Shown here in pieces: positions 23,930-35,960 of a stretch of 64,000 bases of DNA. A model generated the notes under the pieces. The model was not told the origin of the DNA and did no database searches. It saw only the letters and a list, made by a program, of their open reading frames with translations. The DNA lies in contig CM097883.1 in the NCBI GenBank assembly GCA_044892505.1, positions 441,068,001-441,132,000 on the forward strand, written 5' to 3'. Source of the stretch: Schmidtea nova (lineage: Eukaryota). Numbering within the stretch: position 1 is the stretch's first letter; each line of letters begins with the position of its first letter. The translations under genes were made by a program, and so were the position numbers.

Positions 23930-25790
23930 ATCGAAGAATTTTAGAAAATCTTCATCAAATGCCATGAAATCTGTCATCAGATCGATTTCTGGAAGTTCAT
24001 CAGTGTGATGGATTATTTGTTGTGAAAATTGCTTCTTCCATCTTCTCTGTCTTGATCCCATTTTCTTTTTCTTTTTTTCTTAGCTTCAATTGCAGATGAG
24101 ATTTTCGGTGCTGTTGATGTCATAATCTCGGGGACTTACGACGGCCCTTCAGTATTTGTTCCTTTGGAGCATCCTGCTTTTTCCTCGGACCAGTGCTGGT
24201 AGGTAACTGGCCGTATTAGATTTTTTTAACTCGTTGTCAATGAAGGACGTTGTGACTGATTTTAGGCATTTTCGCAACTCGATTTTCGTCGCTTTGAGTT
24301 CGATGCGGTACTCTTCTCCCGCTCTCTGGGCCCGTGATTTTTCATAAGTTGCTGCTTCATCTGCTCAGGACTGAACCAGCTCTTTTGAAGATGTAAATTT
24401 AACGTTTCCGATTTTTTCAATTTTTCTTTGGTGATATTGACTTCCTTTTCCAGGCTGCGAATGATTCGCCAAGCCTTATCCAATTCAGTTGATGAAGCTG
24501 CGGGATTTGTTGACATTATTCTGAAAACCAATTGTAATTATTCATGATTTACTTTCAGTTTCGTATTTTAATGCTTGATAAGAAAATGTAGTTAAGATTC
24601 TTTATGAATTACTTAGATTTGACAATACATTTCGTAATCCTGACAGACTTCATGTCATCGTTTAAATAATAATTCCATTTATGTTTATACAATTATTACT
24701 TTGAAATGAGGAAATGAAGAAAGTTTACTACAAGTTCTGAACACTGTCGCTATGTACAGATTCAGACTAATTTATTTAGAATATTCATTTATGCCTGTGC
24801 TATCTACAGCAATCAGGATAATAATTTAATTTCAAATTTTTAAAATTTTACTGCCCTACAGGGATCAGGTTATTAAGTTAAATTTTATTGTTTTTTGAAA
24901 ATTAGATAAATGTTTTTGATCGGTCTACGGTTGTCAGGTAGATCGCTATGTCAAATGTAGTAGGCAGTTTGTCATCAAAACACCTACTTAACTCATCATC
25001 GTGCATCATTAATGTGGTGAATTTACAGCTAGTATTGATTTATTAAAGTTTAGAGTTCACACTTGATTTGTGCGTAATTTATAATCAATGTGTTATGGTA
25101 CATTTTCCGTGCCTCCGTTCGATCCGACGACGACCATCTGTCTGTGTGGGATGAAATATGCTCAATCCACGATAGGCGTACGACCTTCCGATTTCTACGA
25201 CGTATCTTACAAAGATTTGGATTTAAAATTTGCTCCATTCTAATCGTGAGCACCTACCTCGATTTATTCGACATGGACACCCAATCATTATTCTGCCACT
25301 ATCAGTTGATAATAATATAATGAACATTCTGCTACTTGTGGTTGGTAGTTACCCTTTTATCCGCTAGCAGTTTTAAGTCATCAGGACGATATTGCCCTAG
25401 GAAGTATTCGACAGACTAAAATCCTTCATTTTCAGAAAATATCAGCAGCCATATGCATCAAATCCTCAACGGCAATCTCAAAAGAAATCCCCGGTGTCGT
25501 TTAGAATAAGTCATTTATGTTAATTTCAAAAAATAAGTAATAAAGTTAATTTATTGCTTGATCAATTATGCTAGATAGAAGTATTTGATAATGTAAATAT
25601 AATATCAATCTGCCTATACTGGCCTGTAATAATGACATGAATAGTTAATATCAAATTCCTACCTTCTTCATGGCACTTAGTACAATGAAGATGGCCTAAT
25701 CCTCCACGCGGCAGCTATGCTGCCCCTGAGAGGGTCGCCTCCTTCCACCGATTACACAGTGGAAGGAGCACACTTTCACATATATCATAA
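23930..25790 (-). pseudogene. Decayed multi-exon gene or TE gene (RING-like Cys/His fragment plus coiled coil)
   Basis: Minus-strand fragments PLCNRW...GHLHCTKCHEE (about 25680-25780) and ELDKAWRIIRSLEKEVNITKEKLKK (24262-24531) separated by GT-AG-like AT-rich spacers, with several stops. Confidence 0.3.
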
Positions 25791-26879
25791 TAATATAACT
25801 ATAAATACAAAAAACATAAACCTCAAGTCTAAATGAATATAAGTTATATTGTAGTTCAATGACAAAAGCCATGAAGCATAGACATAATAATTTCAAAAAC
25901 AAGTAATATTCATATCTTCAATTAAATAGCAAATTTCGAAGTAAAAAAAATTGTTTAAGAAAAATCGTTCACAAAAGTCTAAGTCTAAAACTCAGTCTCA
26001 AAAATCATAAGCATTAAATTTTCAAATTCTGATTCAGTATTTATACTGATCAGATCAGCACACCGACCAATCAGCGTGAAGCTGATGATCAAAAATATAA
26101 TTTATTTATACATTTATTTATAAAGAATTTTTTTGTTTAATCTAACTTAATTTTATTATTTATTTCTTAATTATTTATTTATTTCTATTGATAAACATTT
26201 TATTACATTTCTCAATCATTAAATCTCATTTCTCATTACATTTTTATACATTATGTTTTTATTATTTTATTACACCATTTATTTCTTTTCTATTCTTTCT
26301 AAGTCATTATATTTAAATTTCTTCTAATAGTATTATCTTACTTTGTTTATTTTTATTTTATCTATTATTGCTATTTATTNNNNNNNNNNNNNNNNNNNNN
26401 NNNNNNNNNNNNNNNNNNNNNNNNNNNNNNNNNNNNNNNNNNNNNNNNNNNNNNNNNNNNNNNNNNNNNNNNNNNNNNNNNNNNNNNNNNNNNNNNNNNN
26501 NNNNNNNNNNNNNNNNNNAGTCCTAAAGAGTTGTGATTAAATACATGTGCCTAAAAACACGCTAAACCAGTAATCACGTTCACAACGGTCGTTGCTCCTT
26601 ACCCCAAAGTTGGGGTCAAATAGGACCTGGGCAATAATAGTTCGCTATCTATAGCGATAATGCCTCGGTTAATCAAGGGTAGCAAGCTACCAAGAGATCA
26701 CACACAACATAGTTTTTCATAAGCTATGAATGTGGCGACAAGACAACGTCATAAACGCTATGACCAAAATTATTTGATGTGTTGTCAAAAATTGATTCAA
26801 ACATCGCAGCGGCCTGAAATTAAGTTGGATCACGGTTTTTATGTATTTAAAATGCCCAACTTAACATAAAATAGTAAGT

Positions 26880-27930
26880 TTTGATTAACTTTAATTAATT
26901 TTGTACATTTAATTTAGAAAAACTAATGAAAATTTTAATTTCCAAGACGGAAGAGCTTTTCAATGTTTTTAAAGAATGACTAAGATGATTTCATGATCGG
27001 AAACTTTTAGCTACTTCGAATGTTTTATTATAAAACCACTTTGGATATGAAATTAATTGATGTAAAGATGATCGGACTTTATACATACACTGCAGTGTAT
27101 CATTTATATGCATATCAAACGCCAATTAATAAGTCATTACAGATATATCATCTAATCCCACGATTAGCTTTTCAAGGGTGTTAGCGGTTTTCGGTAAATC
27201 GTTCAAGAAAATTAAACATTGACCCATGCTAATATAATCCACGCCTGGAAGTGTCATATAAAACCGAATTAGCTTTTGAAAAATAAGATTTCTAAATGAT
27301 TTGTTTCCAAATAATATCATTAATCCCTTAAGTGCATATTGAAGCATTTTTTCTTTGTCTTCTGGCGCTTGAACGGACCGTTAAGATATGTCCAATCTAT
27401 CAGGAACCAATTGCATGTTAAAATGAGTGCCCAAATAAAGTTGCAATTTTTCACTGATCACTGGTTTTGTGCCACTGATCCACAATTGATCATGCGGAAT
27501 AGGTCCATGATCGATTGGACAGTCTTGTAATCCATCAAATTCATTAATTTTGATCTTTCTTATAGAGCAAAACAGCTAAAGCTATCGTGTACTTTTCGGA
27601 TTTTTTCGAAATTACTAAAAATAAGACCTTTCAAATGAAAATAAAAACTGCTACAAAAACTTTAAATCTCCATCAAAGTTCTCCTTAGCTTCATGTCATG
27701 TTCGAGATTCAGAACAATATTTAACAAGGCCTGAGTAACAGGCATTTGTTAAAACTTACTGTGCAAAACAAATATCATTCAAATATTTGGGATCAGTTAC
27801 GACGCTCAGAGGAGGAATAGATTCAGGATGTCATTTGTAGAGAAACATTAAACATTTTGCATGGTTTAAACTAGACATGTTATCCAAATCGATTATTTCC
27901 GCAAATTTGATCCACGTAATCCAAAATCCT
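26880..27930 (-). pseudogene. Possible decayed hAT-like transposase remnant
   Basis: Only short hAT-like peptides (e.g. FRNLIFQKLIRFYMTLP) with many stops. Confidence 0.25.
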
Positions 27931-29919
27931 TTAATAATAATAGTAAATACTCCTGGATCACTTTTAATTAAACACCAATTATCATCAGCTATACCGTCAG
28001 CCATTTTAAAAGTATATTAAAAAATAATAACAAGGTAAATTCAAAAATTATATTTCAGATGATTATCGATCAAAAAAACTCAAAGAATTTTCGAAACAAG
28101 AAACCCCAAAATAGTAAAAGCCCAACAGTAATTAATTTTGATCTTTTTTGTTTTGATCTTTTTAATTTTAACCAATTAAAATTCGCGCACACAAAATAAT
28201 TACCACACAGACAAAACCCTATTCGTTGCACAGTATGCGGTGCACACAACAACAAAAGAAACAACACTAAAATATAACGAAAACAAACAGCACAAACGCC
28301 GTTGGCAATGAGGCTCGCAATTTGAGTCATGATTGACCACCGGATGTTCGTCCTTTACGTGGTGCGCCCAATAAGTTGTGAGACTAATATAGAAATAATA
28401 ATAGTAAAAAAATTGATACAGACATATTTAAACTTCAACATATATAGGTAAAGAAAATGTATTTTGTTTTAATAATCCATTATTGTTTAAGTATATTTTT
28501 GCGAACATTCGAAAAATGCCTCTGGAAACTATTCAATACCGTAGCGTTATTCGCTTTCTTTTTCTGAAAGGAAAAAATATAGAAGAGGTTCTTTCTGAAC
28601 TGAAAGCTGTTTACCAACAAGAGTGCTCATCCACAGCAACAATTTATCGTTGGTTCAATTACTTTCAGAGTGGTAGAACCTCCGTGGTGGACGAAGAAAG
28701 ATCTGGAAGACCCTCAGAAATTGATGAAAAAATAACGCAAAAGCTGCAGACAATCGTGCAAAACGAAAGAAAAATAACGACGAGAGAGCTTACAACCCGT
28801 CTAAATGTGAGCAAAGGCACTGTGCATACTCTCTTCACTGAAAGTGGTATTCGAAAACTATGTTCCCGTTTTGTGCCACGCTTTTTAACTGTGGAAATGC
28901 GACAACGATGCTTGAAATGCTGCTTGGAGAATCTGCAGATCACGACCGTTTCAGACCGTTGGAGACCGTTTCATTGATAATATCATCACTGTGGACGAGA
29001 CACCGTTGTCCCTTTATGTCCCCGAATCTAAAAGAGAGTCTTAAAGAATGGAAACTGCCAGGAGAAAGCAGTTCACTGAAAATGCGGTCGTCAACTTGCC
29101 ACCGAAAGGTTCTCATGCTGACGGTGTTTTGGGACGCCAATGGCATTATTCTGACTGACTTTACTGAATCCGGCGTGAAGATCAATAGTTCTTACAACTC
29201 CAACATTGTGCAGCAAGCAAGGAAGGCACGACGCAAGAGCAGAGTGTATGATCTCTATTTTTTACACGATAATGCTCCCATCCACATCAGCAGCATTTCC
29301 ATGGCCAAAATTGAGCGTTGCTGGCTCAATTTGCTTCCCAATCCACCATACAGCCCGATTTGGCTCCCTCCTATTTTTTCCTGTTTAAACATCTTAAGAA
29401 GTATCTGTGGGGCCAGGTAAGTAGAGAAGGGGGAGCGCCCAGAAACAAGAACAGACCCCCATAAAAAATGTTTACCCCCCCCAAAAAATATTTTTACCCC
29501 CCTGTTCTTGTTTTTAATTTTTATTAAAATNNNNNNNNNNNNNNNNNNNNNNNNNNNNNNNNNNNNNNNNNNNNNNNNNNNNNNNNNNNNNNNNNNNNNN
29601 NNNNNNNNNNNNNNNNNNNNNNNNNNNNNNNNNNNNNNNNNNNNNNNNNNNNNNNNNNNNNNNNNNNNNNNNNNNNNNNNNNNNNNNNNNNNNNNNNNNN
29701 NNNNNNNNNNNNNNAATTAATTTTTATATTAATTAATTTTAATTAATTAATTTTAATTAATTTTAAATTTATTTATTTTGATTTTATTTATTTTTATTTA
29801 TTTTATATTAATTTAATAATTTTAATTTATTAATTTTAATTTAATTAATTTAATTTTAATTAATTAATTAATTTTAATTAATTTATTTTTAATTAATTTT
29901 AATTTAATTAATTAAAATT

Positions 29920-30780
29920 TATTTTTTGTACAGGATTTTTGATCTGGTTATTTTGTAAAGGATTTTTACTCTGGTTATTTTGTATAGGATTTTCTACTCC
30001 GAGATTTTCTAGGGCAAAAAGGGACTCTGGGTTTTTTGTACAGGAATTTTTAATTAGAAATTTTTATCTGGATTTTTGAATACAATATTTTAGTCTGGTA
30101 TTTTTGTATAGGATTTTTAGTCCTATTATTTTGTATAGGATTTTCAACTTCGAGATTTTCTAGGACAAAAAGGGACTCTGGGTTTTTTGTACAGGGAATT
30201 TTTATACATGAATTTTTGGTCTGGTATTTTTGTATAGGATTTTGGTCTGGTTATTTTGAATAGGATTTTCAACTCTCAGATTTTTCTCAGGCAAAAAGGG
30301 ACTCTGGTAATTTTGAACTGAAATTTTAATGGTAAATAAAAAACACGTGTAAATTTTTTAAACAAGTAAATTATCTTTAAAATATTTTGTATAGGAATTT
30401 CTACTCCCAGATATTTTCTAGGGCAAAAATAGACTCTGGTAATTTTGAACTGAAATATATATTTTAATGGTAAATAAAAAACACGTGTAAATTTTTTAAA
30501 CTAGTAAAATACATTGAAATTATTTTGAATAGGATTTTCAATTCCCACAATTTTTTAAACATTGATTTTTGGTCTCGTAATTTGTATAGGAATTTTGGTC
30601 TCGTATTTTTGTATAGAATTTTTTGTTCTGGTATTTTTGTATAGGATTTTTAGTCTGGTTATTTTGAATAGGAATTTCTACTCCGAAATTTTTCTCGGGC
30701 AAAAGAGACTCTGGTAATTTTGAATATGATTTTTGGTCTCGTATTTTTGTATGGGATTTTTAGTCTGGTATTTTTGAAAA
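29920..30780. repeat. Subterminal degenerate tandem repeats in the left TIR
   Basis: Recurrent attttgtataggatttttagtctggt and ggcaaaaagggactctgg motifs. Mirror copy at about 37440-37617 runs into a gap. Confidence 0.8.
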
Positions 30781-32816
30781 TAATATTTTGGTCTTGGAAA
30801 ATCAAAAAATAAAAAAGTGGTCAGAATTCAATAATTTTTATATCAATCTACTGAGAATTGAAAGGCAAACAAAATGGTCAAAAATTAAAAAACATGAAAA
30901 CTTGATCTCATCCGACCAATTTTTACATGTAAAAAGGGTCAACTCGGGGAATTTCCAAAAATCAAAAAATGCTCAGAATTCAAAAATTTTTATACCAATC
31001 TACTGATAATTGAAAGGCAAACATTTATGGTCAAAAAGTAAAACCTGAAAATTTTGACTTATCAGACCCAATTTTTGACGTAAAAATGATCGACTCGGGG
31101 AAAATCAAAAAATCAAAAATGCTCAGAATCAAATAATTTTTATACCAATCTACTGAGAATTGAAAAGCGAACAATAAAGGTCAAAAAATTAAAATCATGA
31201 AAAAATCAAATTTTTATACGGAAAATGTCAGTCTCAGTAAAAAAGGGTAAAATACATAAAAACGTGGAAATATTTAAAAGATTTTTAAACTAAAAAATTA
31301 AATCTAAATAAATTTATGATAATTTAATAAAAAAGTAAATAAATTCTATACGTATTTCAAAACTAATTTCAAAATAATTCACTCATTATTTTGTATTGAA
31401 TTTATCGAGTAAAATGGTACATTAAATAAAAGCATGGAAATAATAAGTAAATTAAAGTTAGAATTTTAAATTAATTTGTACTGGATTTATGAAAAATGGT
31501 AAAGTAAATAAATTAAAGATAGAATTTTAAAAATAATTATGAATTTAAGGAGAAATAGAATTATAAGTAAATTAAGAATAAAAAAGTAAATTAAGAAAGA
31601 CGTGAGTTTTAATGTCATAATTTTAAAATGAATTGGTTTTAAATGAACTTTTTAAGGTAATATTTGAAAAATGTGAGAATAATTAATTATTTTTGAAATT
31701 TTTTAAAGTAAAATCTTTTTAACAATAAAGTCAATGTAGAATTTTTTAATCAATAAATACAAAGTAAATATTTTTTCGCAAGTAAATATTTTTCACAAGT
31801 AAAATTTTTAACTAATAAATACAAATCTAATTGTTTTTCAATATGATGTTTTTAAAGGAAATGATCAAATAACAACAAATAAATGTAGTAAATAAAACAC
31901 ATGTAAATATTGAATTTATTTAGAATAAAAATAGTTATTAAACAAGAGTTGTTACAATTTTGTATACTAAGTTAAAAAATATCGATTAATGACATAAATT
32001 TTTAAAAATAAACGTAATAATTGAAAATATGGAAACAAGTAAATAATAATAATAATAAGTAACGTCTATCAATCAAAATACCAACAATAAACCGATCAAC
32101 TAACTAATAATCTTATTACACACACAAATCAACCACTGACTAGTAACTGATCAAATGCCAACTGAGTCTATCCACAAATCAACAATCGACTAGTTACTTT
32201 CCAGTTACCAACTGACTCTATGTATTAACCAACTAGGAAAATTGTTCCATGTGTCAATCTCTTCCTATTAACTATATATCAATTAATCCAATCCCCTTAG
32301 TTAACAAATAGTACAATTCCTTTCTTACTTACTTTATCTATACTAACCAACTAACTAACTATACATACTAACCAGCAACCAATACCTTACTAACCAACAA
32401 TACATCAACCAACTAACTCTTCACATGAACCAACAAATTCTATTAATTAATCTTACACCAACCAACCAACTACATTAACCAACTAACTAACTAAACACTC
32501 TAACTATCAACCAATTCCTTACTTCCCAACTAACTCTTCTCATTAACCAACTAGTTCTATTCATTAATCCTATACTAACTGTAGTGGTCTAGAAGGTCGA
32601 TATTGAAGTTTTTCTCAAAATATCAAAGGAACATGGTCTGCCTCAAACTTTCACTTTATTCAGTGATATTAGATTTTCAACAGTTCATTTTAATGACGAG
32701 TTAACTCCAAAAACAATCAAAGCACTAATAATTGAAGCTTCAGAATGCTCTTGAAATCATGTCTATTTAAAATCGAACTTATCATGATATATTTGCTCAA
32801 TTATCTAAGAAAATTC

Positions 32817-33134
32817 AAAAGCTTTTCAAGTTACTGAATATAATGAATTTAAAAAATTTTCATTTTTTATGTAATTTCTTACCTGAATTTATTTATTGTA
32901 ATTACCAATTGAAATTTTCTCCAATTATTGAACCTTTTTCAGTGGAATTCTCATTAAAGATTTTACAATTCTAAATTTAGAATTGTTAAATCTTTAATGA
33001 GAATTCCACTGAAAAAGGTTCAATAATTGTAGAAAATTCAATTGGTAATTACAAAAAATAAATTCAGGTAAGAAATTACATAAAAAGATGAAAATCTTTA
33101 AAATTCATTGTATTCAGTAATTTGGAAAGCTTTT
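32817..33134. repeat. 318-bp loop-less palindrome (159-bp arms)
   Basis: Centre ctaaa|tttag at 32975/32976. The arms are symmetric out to aaaagctt / aagctttt, with scattered mismatches. Confidence 0.92.
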
Positions 33135-33434
33135 AAAGATGAAAATAAAAATGATGAAACATTCATTCGAATGATGTATTTATCAAGGAAAATATTCAAA
33201 TTGATAGTTTCTTTAGTTGAAAATACACAAAGGGTAAATTTATTCAAATTTCACTGAAAAGAAGTTGAAACTGGGATGGTCAATTGAAGTGATTAATCTA
33301 TTGAGAAAATCCGTTGAAAAGTAGATGACGAGAACCATTCTGTTTTAACACATCAAAGCTAATAAATATTTTCACCCATTTAGACAATTTTTCAGTCTAT
33401 TTTCCACTAGCAGAACCTTCCTAGCAGAACCTTT

Positions 33435-33730
33435 AGTAGCAGAACCTCTTTTGTGATGGTTTTTACCTGTAAAAGCTTCATACTATATATTTTCACTCAT
33501 ATACCAATATTTTCTTTTGAATTTTCATCATTTTTTATCCCGTAGCTGATTATTTAGTATCAGAACATCATTTGTGATGGTTTTTACCTGTAAAAGCTTC
33601 ATACTATATATTCATTTATATACCATTATTTTTGAATTTTCATCATTGTTTTTATCCAGTAGCAAAACATTTAGTAGCAGAACATTTTGTATCAGAACCT
33701 CTTTTGTGATGGTTTTTACCTGCATAAGAT
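33435..33730. repeat. About 130-bp tandem duplication, about 2.3 copies
   Basis: tttgtgatggtttttacctg recurs three times, twice followed by taaaagcttcatactatatatt. Confidence 0.75.
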
Positions 33731-34679
33731 TCAAATTATATTTTCATGATTGCAGTTTATGTGAAACCCAATAAAATACGCATGTTTGAACCAATGGGAT
33801 TTTATTATCAGCCGACAATGTTGAAAAAGGTATCGTCAATGCTGAAGTGAATTGAATATAAGAGAATCTGATACCAGAATCCGATGACAAAAAAGTTACA
33901 CTCGGTAGCACAGTTTAGAGTGGTTAATAAAAATGTTTAATAAATAAATATTTGTATTGAAATTTTTGAATTAATTTTTATTATTTTTAGAATTTATTGA
34001 CAATCAACATAGAAATTATGCAAGAAAATATGATTAACTATTTTAATGAAGAAAACATGAATAATTATTTTATACAAGAAAATATATCCAAAAAGAATAG
34101 AAATAAAAATGTACGTATCTTTTAAATTGTATATATTTATTTTTGTAATAACATTCTAAAGTTAAATTCAAATTAATTGAATATTTATTTATTTAATCCT
34201 TTAAATTAACGGAGTGAAGAAATAATTTGAACATGTAATAAGAAGTATCAAGAAATATTTCATTAGTTGCGTATCTTATCATTTTAATAGGATTACCTAG
34301 TTAACGGGGTTTTTCTAATGGTTTTTAAATTAATTTTTCATGTTAGTTATCAAGTGAAGAATTAGACGAACAATGATTTCAATAGAGCTTTGGATTAAAA
34401 GTCATTTGCATTTTAAATATATTCAAAATTTTAAGAACTTTATTTAATAAAAAATTTCATTTTAACTACGTAGATAATAGTATACCTTTTTAAAAACTGA
34501 TAATCAACTAAAGATTAATTCAATTATTCAAAGTAATAAATTTAATTTTATGACACGACATTTAGAATCAGTTAGTTTTAAATATCATATCTAGTTAATG
34601 CGTAGAGTTAATTGATACGTGGAACAATTTCCTTAGAGTGAAGATTTATTTGTTTAATATATAGAGTCAGTTGATATCC

Positions 34680-35960
34680 GATTAGTTGATTTAACTAGTA
34701 GATTGTGAATAGAATCAATTAATATTTAATAATTAACTAGTCTGTTGTTGATTTATGAATAGAGTTAGTTGGTTAATGTATAGAACTAGTTAGTTAATGT
34801 ATAGAAGTAGTTGGTAAGTACTTGGATGAATAGTGTGTAGAGTGAATGGCAGGTTGGTTAGTATAGGATTAATGAATAGAACTAGTTGGTTAATGAGAAG
34901 AGTTAGTTGGGAAGTAAGGAATTGGTTGATAGTTAGAGTGTTTAGTTAGTTAGTTGGTTAATGTAGTTGGTTGGTTGGTACAAGAATAATGAATAGAACT
35001 AGTTGGTTAGTAAGAGATTAGTTGCTGGTTAGTATGTATAGCTAATTAGTTGGTTAGTGTAGTTGGTTGGTAGATTGTTAGGTATAAGATTAATGTATAG
35101 AACTAGATGGTTGATGTATATAACTAGTTGGTTAGTAAGGAATTGATTGCTGGTTAGTATGTATAGTTAGTTAGTTGATTGGTTAGTAGACTGATAGGTA
35201 TAAGATTAATGGATAGAACTAGTTAGTTGATGTATATAACTAGTTGTTTAGTAAGGAAGTGGTTGCTGGTTAATATGTATAGTTAGTTAGTTAGTTGGTT
35301 GGTAGACTGATAGATATAAGATTAATGGATAGAACTAGTTAGTTGATGTATATAACTAGTTGGTTAGTAAGGAAGTGGTTGCTGGTTAGTATGTATAGTT
35401 AGTTAGTTGGTTGGTGATTTGTGAATAAAGTTACTTGGTTAATGTGAAGAGTTAGTTGGTTGATGTATAGAAATCGTTGGTTAGTAAGAAATAGATTTCT
35501 GGTTAGTGTGTAATGAGTGAGTGGCTGGTTGGTTAGTATAAGATTATTGAATAGAACTAGTTCGTTAATGTAAAGAACTAGTTCGTTAACATGTAGAAGT
35601 ATTTGGTAAGTACTTAGATGATTAGTGTGTAAAGAGTGAGTGGCTGGTTGGTTAGTATAGGATTAATGAATAGAACTAGTTGGTTAATGAGAAGAGTTAG
35701 TTGGGAAGTAAGGAATTGGTTGATAGTTAGAGTGTTTAGTTAGTTAGTTGGTTAATGTAGTTGGATGGTTGGTGCAAGATTAATTAATAGAATTTGTTGG
35801 TTCATGTGAAGAGTTAGTTGGTTGATGTATTGATTGTTATTAAGGTATTGGTTGCTGGTTAGTATGTATAGTTAGTTAGTTGGTTAGTATAGATAAAGTT
35901 AGTAAGAAAGGAATTGTACTATTTGTTAACTAAGGGGATTGGATTAATTGATATATAGTT
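34680..35960. repeat. G/T-skewed degenerate repeat (gttagttggtta-like) with internal block duplications
   Basis: The block at about 34857-34975 recurs at about 35651-35770. The complementary C/A-skewed copy lies at about 32090-32579. Confidence 0.8.
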
